IMG/VR virus record: IMGVR_UViG_3300020183_000013
Coordinates: 32,001 to 96,000 of that record
Length of the DNA: 64,000 nucleotides
Source of the DNA: a virus
Reading direction: 5' to 3' (one strand)
Positions within the stretch are counted from its first letter, which is position 1; every line of letters begins with the position of its first letter. Position numbers and translations under genes: made by a program. Below the pieces are notes generated by a model. The model searched no databases. It saw only the letters and a list, made by a program, of their open reading frames with translations, and was not told the DNA's origin. Below are positions 47,685-59,900 of this stretch, piece after piece.

Positions 47685-48283
47685 TGTATCTCCTAGATTC
47701 TTCTGAAGAGTGGGATATCATTCACAATGAAGATCTTTGGGTTTATAATAAATTATTTCTAAGTCGGATTTTAGGATATAACTGTGGACCTTCGGGGATT
47801 CCAGTTCCTAAGTCCGACTTTTATATTGTGCGTCCCTCTTTTAACTTATTGGGTATGGGGCGTTTCTCTCGTAGAGAGTGGATAGAAAATCTCACAGACT
47901 CTTTGCATCCTTCTGAGTTCTGGTGTGAAATCTTTGAAGGTGATCATATAAGTGTTGATTACTGTCGGAAAAAGCCTGCTCTAACTGTAAAGGGATATAG
48001 GGAACCGGAAAGTCCTCTCTATAAGTGGACTAAGTGGGAAAAAATAGAAAACTTTATAGAATTTCCAAATATCTTAAATGATCTAAAAGGTAATTATGAG
48101 TGGATAAACTGTGAATTCATTGGTGGAAACTTGATTGAGGTACATTTTAGACGCAATCCTGACTTTCGTTATGGAAATAATGTTGCGATTCCTGTCTGGA
48201 ATGGCCAAAAAGTTTTGAATGATGGTAAATATAAGTATATTGAAGATTCAGATTATCTTCGAAAAGGATTTTTAGTTGATTAA
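47684..48283 (+). CDS. Conserved cyanophage protein, ATP-grasp-like
   Basis: WVYNKL.LS..LGY.CGP.G...YIVRP..NL.GMG...FWCE.F.G.H.SVDY...INCEFIGG.LIEVHFRRNPDF. Confidence 0.65.
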   Translation: MYLLDSSEEWDIIHNEDLWVYNKLFLSRILGYNCGPSGIPVPKSDFYIVRPSFNLLGMGRFSRREWIENLTDSLHPSEFWCEIFEGDHISVDYCRKKPALTVKGYREPESPLYKWTKWEKIENFIEFPNILNDLKGNYEWINCEFIGGNLIEVHFRRNPDFRYGNNVAIPVWNGQKVLNDGKYKYIEDSDYLRKGFLVD

Positions 48284-48334
48284 AGGGATAGAAACCCCTT
48301 AAAAAGTTCTGATTTTCACGAATCAGTAGCAAAA

Positions 48335-48589
48335 ATGACTAAAAAAGTTGATAAGGACCAAAATTTTATGATAAATCAGTGGGGAACCGAATATTTGGCA
48401 AGTGAATATGGGTGGGAAAGTAAGATTGGCAAGCAAAAAATGCTTCGTGAGATCGCAAATGACGATTTAACACCCAAAAAACACGATTTTTTCCATCAGA
48501 ACGAAATTCATTCACAAATTCGAAATGATGAAGACTATGATGACTGGGATTATGGGACTGAACCCCTCTATGAAGTCAAAAAACCCTAA
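48335..48589 (+). CDS. Conserved hypothetical protein
   Basis: MLREIAND..TPKKHDF..QNEIH..IRNDEDYDDW. Confidence 0.6.
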   Translation: MTKKVDKDQNFMINQWGTEYLASEYGWESKIGKQKMLREIANDDLTPKKHDFFHQNEIHSQIRNDEDYDDWDYGTEPLYEVKKP

Positions 48590-48616
48590 TAAATAAGATA
48601 GATTTATAGTATTTTT

Positions 48617-49018
48617 ATGCCTCTAGAGAGGGTAAGTAAGAGTTTTAAAGATTTAAGTATGACTTTCCAGGTCAGTCCTCTGACCTCGGACTTGATTGCT
48701 CTTAAAAATGAGAGTGCCATTGCTCGTTCAGTGCGTAATCTTGTTCTTACCCTACCTGGAGAGCGTTTTTTCAATGAAAATCTTGGTTCAAGAGTGAGTC
48801 GTTCATTATTTGAAAATATCGATGACATTACAGCATCGATTATTCAAGATGAAATCAGAAATACAATTGAAAATTATGAACCAAGAGTTAGATTGATTGG
48901 TGTGGATGTAAATCCAAATTTCGATGAAAATGAGTTTAACGTAACCATTCGTTATAGAATCATTGGCATTGATGTTTTACCGCAGCAATTATCATTCGCT
49001 CTACAGTCAACTCGATAA
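48617..49018 (+). CDS. gp25: Baseplate wedge subunit gp25
   Basis: FKDLS...AI.RSVRNL.LT.PGERFF...GS...LFE...I..TI.NYEPRV; late promoter at 48589. Confidence 0.9.
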   Translation: MPLERVSKSFKDLSMTFQVSPLTSDLIALKNESAIARSVRNLVLTLPGERFFNENLGSRVSRSLFENIDDITASIIQDEIRNTIENYEPRVRLIGVDVNPNFDENEFNVTIRYRIIGIDVLPQQLSFALQSTR

Positions 49019-50935
49019 ATGGCACTAGTAAATTTCACAGGGTTAGACTTTGATCAGTTAAAAATTTCGATTAGAGATTATCTCAGATCGAATTCAAATT
49101 TTACTGACTATGATTTTGAAGGATCAAATCTTTCCGTACTTGTTGATGTTCTTGCTTATAACACATATATTTCCTCATATAATGCTAATATGGTTAGCAA
49201 TGAGGTTTTTATTGACTCGGCAACACTTCGTGAAAATGTTGTTTCTCTTGCAAGAAATATTGGTTATGTTCCAAGATCAAGAAAAGCAGCAAAGGCAAAT
49301 ATTTCTCTCTTTGTAGATACTACTGAGTTCTCTACAACACCTTTAACAATGACCCTGAAAAGGGGAGTTGTTTGTTCTACAGGTAATGTTTTTGGAAACG
49401 TCAGTTATGCATTTACAATCTCTGAAGATAAGACCGTTCCTGTAGTCAATAATATTGCATTGTTTGACAATGTAGATATTGTTGAGGGTAATTTTGTAGT
49501 TACTAATTTTGTAAAAGATCCTTATAATAAGAAACAAAGATTTATCCTTCCAAATACTGGAATTGATACTTCTACAATTAAAGTTACAGTAAAGAGTAAC
49601 CAATATTCTACAAGTAGGACCGTATATACCTTAGCAGAGAATCTGTTTAACGTTACTGCGAATTCAAACATATATCTGATTCAAGAGATTGAAGACGGCC
49701 AATATGAACTTATTTTTGGTGATGGTGTTTTTGGAAGACAACTATCCGATGGAAATGTAATCGAAGTAAGTTATAATGTCTGTAATGGAGAGAATGGAAA
49801 TAATATTTCTTCATTCTCTTTTGCAGGAAGAATTACATATTTGAATGGTTCAACTGAAGTTGTTGTTACTTCTGGAATATCACTCGTCACTACGAATACA
49901 CCATCATTTGGTGGAGCTGCGATTCAAAGTGTTGATGCAATACGTAAATATGCACCAAAGTACTTTTCAACTAAAAACAGAGCAGTAACTGCAAGTGACT
50001 ATGAATCTTTGGTTTCTTTAGTATATCCAGAGGCTAAGTCAATATCCGTTTTTGGCGGTGAAGAACTATCACCACCAAAGTATGGGAAGGTTTTTATTAG
50101 CATCAAACCAACAAATGGTAATTACTTATCAAATACCATTAAAGAGAATATTCAAAGAGATTTAAGAAAATACTCTGTAGCGGGAATTGTCACTGAGATT
50201 ATCGACCTTAAGTATCTCTTTATTGAAGTAAATAGTAAAGTTTATTACAATACAAATCAAAGTCAAAGTAGTTCACAACTTAAAACTACAGTATCTTCTA
50301 ATATAGAAAACTATTCTAAATCATCCGAACTGAATGGTTTTGGTTCACGATTTAAATATAGTAAGTTCTTAAAACTTATTGATGATAGTGATCAGGCAAT
50401 TACATCAAACATTACCACAATTGTCATTAGAAGAGATTTGTCGGTGAATCTGAATGCGTTTACAAAGTATGAGATTTGTTATGGAAACCGCTTTAATATC
50501 AAAAATATGAGTGGTTATAATATTAAGTCTTCTGGATTTAAAATAGCGGGTCTTAATGATACTTTATATCTTGGTGATTTGCCTGATGCAAATGGTCTCA
50601 AGGGTAGAGTTTTCTTATTTAAATTGTCTGCAACCAATAGTCCAATAATTGTTAGAAACAATGTTGGAACTATAGATTATATCAAAGGTGAAATTTTATT
50701 GAATCCAATAAACATCTCATCAACCACATTGCAGAAAGATGGAAGCTCCACAATTGAAATTTCTGCGGTTCCATATTCAAATGATGTTATCGGATTACAG
50801 GACTTGTATTTGTCCCTAGATATTAATAATACCAATGTTGAAATCATTCCAGATAAAATCTTATCTGGAACAAATCCTTCAGGAAAAGACTACATCGTAT
50901 CCTCAAGTTATTCAAACGGACTTCTTGTAAGATAA
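49019..50935 (+). CDS. gp6: Baseplate wedge subunit gp6
   Basis: LDFDQ.K...FTDYDFEGS....L.D.LAYNT...NE.F.DSA.LRENV.S.A...GY.P.S; RAVT..DY; YGKVFISIKP. Confidence 0.92.
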   Translation: MALVNFTGLDFDQLKISIRDYLRSNSNFTDYDFEGSNLSVLVDVLAYNTYISSYNANMVSNEVFIDSATLRENVVSLARNIGYVPRSRKAAKANISLFVDTTEFSTTPLTMTLKRGVVCSTGNVFGNVSYAFTISEDKTVPVVNNIALFDNVDIVEGNFVVTNFVKDPYNKKQRFILPNTGIDTSTIKVTVKSNQYSTSRTVYTLAENLFNVTANSNIYLIQEIEDGQYELIFGDGVFGRQLSDGNVIEVSYNVCNGENGNNISSFSFAGRITYLNGSTEVVVTSGISLVTTNTPSFGGAAIQSVDAIRKYAPKYFSTKNRAVTASDYESLVSLVYPEAKSISVFGGEELSPPKYGKVFISIKPTNGNYLSNTIKENIQRDLRKYSVAGIVTEIIDLKYLFIEVNSKVYYNTNQSQSSSQLKTTVSSNIENYSKSSELNGFGSRFKYSKFLKLIDDSDQAITSNITTIVIRRDLSVNLNAFTKYEICYGNRFNIKNMSGYNIKSSGFKIAGLNDTLYLGDLPDANGLKGRVFLFKLSATNSPIIVRNNVGTIDYIKGEILLNPINISSTTLQKDGSSTIEISAVPYSNDVIGLQDLYLSLDINNTNVEIIPDKILSGTNPSGKDYIVSSSYSNGLLVR

Positions 50936-50939
50936 AGTA

Positions 50940-53900
50940 ATGACAGAAAATAGAGTAAAAGTTTCTTCAGTTGTAAAAAATCAACTTCCTTCCTTTGTGC
51001 GAGAGGACTTTCCTCTTGTAGCAGAATTCTTAACTCAATATTACAAATCTCAAGAATATCAAGGTGCTCCAAAAGATTTACTTGAGAATATTGACAGATA
51101 TTTAAAGATTGATAATCTTACAAATTTAGTTGAAGAGACTACTCTTACTCAAGATATTAGTTTTTTTGAAACTGATATCAGAATTGATCCAACAACCATT
51201 AAAGGTTTCCCAGAAACCAATGGACTGGTTAAGATTGATGATGAAATTATCTTATATTCCGCTCTTTCAAAGTCTAACCCAACTTTCGAGTATCCAGATA
51301 CTTTATCTGGTTGTTCAAGAGGATTCAGTGGTGTAACGTCATACGAAGATTCGCAAAAAACTGATAAGTTAATTTTTAGTCAGAGTGAAGCGCAAGAACA
51401 TACTTTAGGAACTAAAGTAATTAACTTAAATGTTCTTTTTCTAAAAGAATTTCTTAAAAAAGTTAAAAAGCAATTTATTCCTGGATTTGAAGATAGGTTA
51501 TCCAGCGAAATCAATCAGAACGTCTTCATAAAGCAGTCAAATGACTTCTATACCTCAAAAGGAACTGATCAGTCATTTGAACTCCTTTTCAGAGCATTAT
51601 ACGGAGAAGATGTTCAAGTTATCAAACCAAGAGACTTTTTAATCAAACCCTCTTCTGCTGGTTATAGAGTTAGTTTAGATTTGGTCACGGAATTGGTTGA
51701 AGGTGATCCTTATCAATTACTGAACCAAACTTTGTATCAGAATGAATATTCTCAATATAATATCCCCAAGGCTTACGGTTCAATATCTAAGGTAGAAAAG
51801 GTTAGTTTTTCTGAAGAAAGTTATTATAAAATAAGTTTGGATTATGATTATGCTAAAGATATTAACCTAAGAGGAAGTGTCTTTGGAACTTTTTCTGTTC
51901 ATCCAAAAACAACACTAACTTTAGAAACTTCTATTGGATCTACATTTATTGATGTTGACTCTACAGTAGGATTCCCTGTTTCTGGCACATTAATTATCAG
52001 AAACAGTCAGGGAGTAGAGGAAACTGTTACTTATGCTGATAAGACAAATACACAGTTTTTAGGCGTACAAGGTCTTTCTATTGCCTTTGAGGCTGGGTCT
52101 CCAGTAACTCTGGATGTTTATTGCTTTGGATATTCGAAAGAAGACTCAAGTGAAGTTAAACTGAGAGTTAGATCAGTACTTTCTGATTTGAAAATAGAAG
52201 GTGACACATATTATTTTTCACCTAATGAAAAAATTAGAATTAAATCTTTAGGTATCATAAGTGATGATTCTAAAAAGAATGAGTGGATTTTAAATATCCC
52301 AAATAGATACGAATCAGTAAGAATTACTAGTTTTATCAGAAGAGATGAAGGTAGAAATGAATATATCTATAATTTAAGAACTCCAAATGAAAATTCAATC
52401 AACGTTGGTGATAGAGTAACATTAACGAGTAACACTATTAGAGGTGTAACTGGAACAGTAATTGGAATAGTCGATTCCAATACTTTTACTACATCTTTTG
52501 GGCAAAGTTTAAATCAGACAATAGATTATACTTTAAGAAAAACAATCTCAAAGGCATTCTCCTTAAAGTATCCAAATATCTCCAATTATACTACAAACGT
52601 TCAAAATACATACCTAAATTTCAAGGATGAAATTTTAGTTTCATCCTCATCAATTCCAAGTTATTATAGTGGTATAGACCCTGTAAGTATTAATGCATTT
52701 AATAAATCTTTTGTACTTCAAGATGGGATTTATAGTGAAGATACAACTTTAAATCTTTCCACATCAAATCCAAATTTATCTGATCACGAATTATATACAG
52801 GTGATTCTGTTTATTATAGTGGTCCAGAAAATCAAACATTCTTAGGATTAAATTCAGGAATATATTTTGTTAAGAGAGTTGATAATACCTCAATAAAACT
52901 TGCTAGAAGTAGATCAAATCTGTATGAAGGTGAGTTTGTAACTTTTACAGGTTCTATAAGTGGAAATAAATTAGATTATATTGATTTTTATAATAAGTCT
53001 CTTTATCCTCAAAATATTTTAAGGGAGATTAAAGATCCAGTAGATTTTGGTGGAGGTCACGAAACAAAACCAGGATCTGTTGGTATACTTGTTAATGGTG
53101 TAGAAATTTTAAATTATAAGTCCCAAGACTCTATTTTCTATGGAAAACTTGAAAGTATTGACGTAACATCACCTGGATCTAATTATGATGTTATTAACCC
53201 ACCAGTGCTTGAAATAAGTGATCCAACTGGAGTTGGTGCAACAGGAACTTGTTCAGTAATTGGATCTCTGAAAAGAATTGATCTCAAAGACCCAGGATTT
53301 GATTATATTTCAAAACCAGTAATTACAATTACTGGAGGTAATGGAACAGGTGCTCTTGCTGAAGTTACATTAAAAGATGTTGAGCATAACGTATTTTTTA
53401 ATGCTCTGTCTGGTATTAATACCAACAATAATACAATCGGATTTACAACTTATCACAAATTTAGAAATTCTGAGAGAGTAATATACAATAACTACGGACA
53501 AACTGCAGTTTCTGGATTAGTTACAAATTCAGATTATTATGTTTCTGTAGTAGATTTCAATACGATTAAATTACATTCCAACCAAGATGATGCTATCGTT
53601 GGATTAAATACTATTTCCTTGTCTCCTGGTGCGGGAGTTCAGGAACTTAAATCTTACTCAAGTAAAAAAATTATTGCCGGAATTGAAGTTATAAATTCTG
53701 GTTCTGGATATTGCACTAAAAAAAGATCTATAGTAGGAGTTAATACTGCAATAGATCAAATTAATATTAATAGACACGGTTATTCCAGTGGAGAAAAAGT
53801 AACCTATTATTCTGAAGGAACATCAATAGAAGGACTTGTACCAAGTACAACTTATTTTGTAGATGTTGTTGACTTTAATAATTTTAAACTTTGTGAAGTA

Positions 53901-56900
53901 GGAGTTGGAAATACTTCAGAGTATTTTTACTATGATAGCAAAAAATACGTTAATCTGAGATCTTCTGGATTAGGAACTCAGTTCTTCAAATATCCTGAGA
54001 TTACTGTAACAGTTTCTGGCAATATTGGAATTACTACACTGTTCAATCAAGATCTAAGCATTTTTGAGGCAAAAATCCAACCAGTTTTCAGAGGTGAACT
54101 AGAATCTATTGATGTTGTTGAATCCGGTTCTTCATATGGAAGCTCTGAGATTATTAACTTTGTGAAGCAACCTAACTTTATATTGAAGAGTGGTAAAAAT
54201 GCAGAACTTCAACCAGTAGTATCAAATGGTTCAATAGTTGATGTTTTAGTCCTTTCTGGAGGATCTGAATATAATTCACCACCTGATCTTGTGATAAGGG
54301 GTGATGGTTATGGTGCCAAGTTAACACCGATAATTTCTAATGGAGAAATTATCTCCGTTAAAATCATTAGAGGAGGAAATAATTATACACCAGGAACCTC
54401 CATCAGTGTGATTCCTGCAGGTCAAGGATGCAATCTAAATGCAAATATCCAAAAATGGACAATTAATGTTGTAGAAAAGAATATTCACAATATTGGAGCT
54501 GATGACGGATTCTTAGAGGTATCATCTAACAAGAAAGAACAGTTACAATATTATCATCTATATGCTCCAAGAAAACTGCGCGAGTCTGTATATTCACGCT
54601 CTATTGATAATTTAAAAGTTGATACTGATATTATTAAAAATAATGCTGGCGTAGAAATTTCTTCAAAAAATCATTCACCAATAATTGGTTGGGCATATGA
54701 TGGAAATCCAATTTATGGCCCATATGGTTATACTGAAAAATCAGGAGGAACAGTCAAGTTACTAACTTCTGGTTATGTTGCTACACTGAAAGCGAACAGA
54801 CCTCCCGAATATGTTGATGGAAAACTATCATATCCATTAGGATTTTTTATAGAAGATCACGATTATATTGGAAATTCTGATCTTGATGAACATAATGGAA
54901 GATTCTGTGTAACACCAGATTATCCAAATGGTACATATGCATATTTTGCTTCTATAGAATCTCTTCCTTCTGTTGGTGGAGTATTCAATAATTATAGAAA
55001 ACCCAAGTTCCCATATTTAATTGGAGACAGCTTTAAGTCAAAACCAAATAAATTTAATTTCAGTGCATTTTCCAATCAAAATTCAATAGATCTTAATGAG
55101 ACAGATTGGTTTAGAAATACATCATTCTTAAGAACCAGTTACTATGATTATATCTTTAATCCAAATAACTTTAAGAATCACAATTCTACAATTATATCCA
55201 CATCGGTAGGAACAATTGAATCTGTTGGTATTTTAACTGGAGGAGTAAACTATAAGGTAAATAATTCTGTTATCTTTGATAATTTAAATAGCGGCGGAGT
55301 AAATGCAAATGCAACTGTAGAAAGAGTTTCTGGAAAAACAGTTTCGAACATTAGTGTTGGTACAACTTTCATTACTGATGTTCAATTATTACCATCTCGT
55401 GGTGGTGAAATAATTGCATTTACCGAATATCCCCATAATTTAAACAATGATAATCTTACCCGTATTTCGGGAATTAATACTTCTACATCAGATATCTACG
55501 GATCGTATAACATAGGAGTATCTTCTAGTTTTTATATTCTAACTCAAGAGTTAGCAAACTCAGCAACTACCGGTATTACCACATACATCTTTGTTGATGG
55601 TAATATTTCTTTCCCATATCTTAGAGAAGATGATATTTTAACCATTGAATCTGAAAAAGTAAAAGTCCTTAATATTGACCTAGCACAATCTAGAATAAGA
55701 GTTAACAGAGAATATAATGGAACAACTGGTGCAGCACACACTGCAACAACAGTAATTTACAATGATTCAAGAACCTTTACTTTTACACACAATATCAAGG
55801 GACAAAATAATTTTGAAATTGATAGAAAATTATATTTCAATCCAATTGAAACAGTTGGATTAGGAACTATTGCCGGAGTAGGGATTGGAACAACATTATC
55901 ATTCTCAAACCCCGGAGTTGGAGTCACACAAAAGTTCATACCAACAAGAACTTTGTATTTACCAAATCACCAATTAAAAACTGGAGATTTACTAATCTAC
56001 TCAAGTGGTAATGGAAGCCCTATTTCCATATCCACAAATGGTATTTCAACATCATCTCTTACAAATTTACAAACAGTTTATGCAGCCAAGTTTTCAGATG
56101 ATCTAATTGGAATTTCAACTGTTAAAGTATATTTGAACTCCTCTGGTAACTTTGTAGGAGTTGCAAGTACTTCTAATAGTATTTTGTATTTCACTGGAAT
56201 CGGTACCGGTGTATATCACAGTTTTACAACTGTAAAAAATAATGTTCTTAAGTGTTTAGTAAGTAAGAACACAGTAACTGTATCGACTGCATCTACTCAC
56301 AACCTCAATTTAAAAGATAATGTAAAAATTGATGTAAATCCATCTATAGGATCTACTATTATTGTAAAGTATGATGATTATAATAGAAGAATTCTAATCA
56401 ATCCTAAGAGTTTCTTATCCTCAGATATTGATTTAACTGAAAATTCTATTTACTTACAAAATCATGACTTTAAGAATGGGGATAAAGTAGTATACACTGC
56501 AAACTCACCATCTGGTGGATTGGAAAACAATAGAATTTATTATGTATTTTCCTTTACTAAAGACAAGATAAAATTATGTGAAGATAGACACAAAGTTTTT
56601 TCTGAAAATCCAATATTTGTTGATATTACATCTGCAACTGATGGAACACTTTCGCCAATAAATCCACCAATCAAACTCTATAAAAATTCATCTGTTAAAT
56701 TTGATTTATCAGATTCATCTTTATCTGTTGTAAGAAATCTACAAAGATATCCTGCCTTTGAATTTAATATCTTTAAAGATTCTGAATTCAATTTCTTATT
56801 TGATTCTTCTGTACAGTCTAATAATTTTGAAGTAATTAGATCTACTGGAAGAGTTGGTATTGATGAATCTGCATCAGTAACCATTAGAATTAAAAATACT

Positions 56901-59900
56901 ACTCCAACAACACTTTATTACGACTTGACTCCTTTAGATAATTCAATTACAAGAAATAGTGATAAATTTGAAAAAATTATTGATAAAGAGGTTGTTAACA
57001 ACAATCAAATAACATTATTAAACAGCGGATATAGTGGATCTTATTCTGTTTCAGGAATAACTAGCACAACATTTAGTTATGATATTCAGAATGTACCCGA
57101 AAAATCTTCATACACTACTTCCGAAGCCTTTATAACTTATGATACTTCATCATTAACAGAATCTGGATCTATAACAAAGATTAAAGTTAATAATAGAGGA
57201 ATAAATTATAAAGTATTACCAGGAATTTCAACCGTTTCTACTCAAAATGGTTCTGGTGCTATTTTAGAACCTCAAAGTAGATCAATTGGAAAAATTATAT
57301 CAACAAAAATTGATGATATTGGATTTAATTATCCAACAGACTTTACTTTAAAACCAATAGTTAATGTTCCAGAAATTTTGAAAATGGAACAATTAACTTC
57401 ATTTGAAAAAATTGATGTTCTTACATATGGTAAAAATTACTTGGTTCCTCCTAGAATTATTGTTTTAGATGGATTTAGAAAAAATGTTGTAAATGATGTT
57501 ATATTGAGATTTGATTTTAGAAGTAAAGAATTAAAGATTGAAAAGAACACTTTTGGAATCTCCAATGTTGATCCAATCTTTATCCCTGTAAATAATTCTA
57601 ATGGCGTAGGAATTGGATCTATATCATTTAACCCATCAACTAAAAATGTCACTGTTAAGATGGGTGTTGGATTTAGCACGGATAATACATTCCCATTTGA
57701 AGTTGGTGATCGTGTTTTAATTGAAAATATTGGAATTACAACTTTAGGAAAAGGATATAATTCTTCTCAATATAACTATCAACTCTTTACATTAACAGAA
57801 GTCGATCAAAATATTGGTGGTATAGGATCAGTAACATATAATCTTTCTGACTTCTTATCTGATGGAGAATATCCAGGTATTTTTGATTCGGAAATTACTT
57901 CTGGAAGAATCATTCCAGAAAAGGATTTCCCAACCTTTAAGGCAATCTTGAAGAAGAATAACTTTATCATTGGTGAAGAAGTTGAAACTACAAATGGTTA
58001 TAATGGTGTTATTGAAAGTTGGAACTCAAACATTGAGTTATTAAAAGTTTCTTCCGATAGTGATTTTAAAATTGGAGAAACTGTAACTGGTAAGACCTCA
58101 AATACGCAAGGAATAATTAGAAGCAAAATTGATTTTGATGCGTATGTAAATCTAGATAGTAGTTCTTTAGTTTCTAGTGGATGGGAGTATGAGACTGGTA
58201 TTCTCAACAATTCTACTCAAAGAGTTCATGACAATGAATACTATCAAGATTTTTCATATTCTCTTAAGTCCAAAGTTTCATATGATGTTTGGGATAGTGC
58301 TGTAGATTCACTCAATCATACATCAGGATTCCTAAAGTTTAGTGATCTAATAGTTGAGTCTTCTCCTTCAGTTTCTGGATCACCAATAATAGCTCAAAAT
58401 GCAACCGAAACTTTGGTTGATATTGTTGAAGAAGTTGATACCAACTGTACATTTAATTTTGATTTGGTAACCGAAACTTCTTTCTCAATTGCCTCGGAGA
58501 CACTATCCAATCAAATTTTATTCAATAATAAAACTTTGATGGATTATTCTGAGTCAATTGGAAACAGAGTATTACTAATTGATGATATAAGTCCACAATT
58601 CAACAGCACTCCAAGACCAACCAATTTTTCTGTAGTTGGGTATTCAAGTGTTGATTCTCATTATAGAAAATATTTTGTTCACATTAGAGATAAGGTATTT
58701 TCTAAAGAACGTCAATTAATGTTGATTTCGGTTCTCCACGATGGATCCAATATATTTTCGAATCAATATGCAAAAGTCAATACTTATAGAGATCTTGGAT
58801 CTTTTGATTTCAAAATTTCTGGATTAGATTTACAATTTCTTTATTATCCAATTGATTTTGAAGTAAATGATTATAATGTTTCTCACGTTTCTTATGGATT
58901 AGAAGATGCATTCTCTGGAATTGGAACAGTTTCTCTAGGAGATTCTGTAAACATTGTAACTGATAGCATAGAAATTCAGTCTGGAATAACTACAACTGTT
59001 GTTGGAATTGCATCAACATATAGGTCTTCTAAGATTTTAGTTCTTGTAAATGATGTAGATAATAATGTTTACCAATCAAATGAACTTAGTGTTCTTTTTG
59101 ACGGTACTGATGTTAACCTGTTGGAGTACGGTCAACTTTCTAATGACAATCTGACCTCATTTGGATCTCCTGGTATAGGAACCTATGTGGTTTATTATGA
59201 TGCACTTTCATCACTAATTAATGTTGATTTTGTTCCAAGAGTTGGATTGGGAGCATCCTTGATAGCAAACACTATTTGTGTATCAATATCAAATACTTCT
59301 TCAGTTGGAGTTGGAACAACAGTTTTACAAACTGGTGATCTCAATTCTACAGTTACTTCAATAGCTTCTACTACGGCTCCAGTTCAAGTTCAAATTTCTC
59401 AGTTCCAATCACCACACGAATCTTCATATTGCATTGTAAGTATTGAAGATCTTACAAATAACCAATATAGAATGTCGGAGGTTGTTTCAATAACTGATGA
59501 TGATAATGCATATTTTGTTGAATATGGAATTATTGAAACTGGAAGCGGAATTGGAACAATTGGAATAGGCACAACTACTTCAAATAAAGTAAATCTATAT
59601 TTTACTCCTAATGCAAATACAGAGACTCAAGTTAGAGTTTTCCAAAATTCTCTCAGTCTTCAGGATGATGAAATTGAACTTGCATTAATAGATCTTAACA
59701 ATGGCGAAATTGAGTCTGGTTATGGAGAATATACCGGTATTGAAAAATCGGTCAGAAAAGATTTCAATTTAACTCATAAAGGAAATCAAATTTTTGAGCG
59801 CACATTTGTTGGTAGCAGTTCAACAACGGTTGATGTTGCTACAAATACTATTCTAATTCCAAATCACTTCTTCGTAACTGGAGAAAAACTAACTTATACC

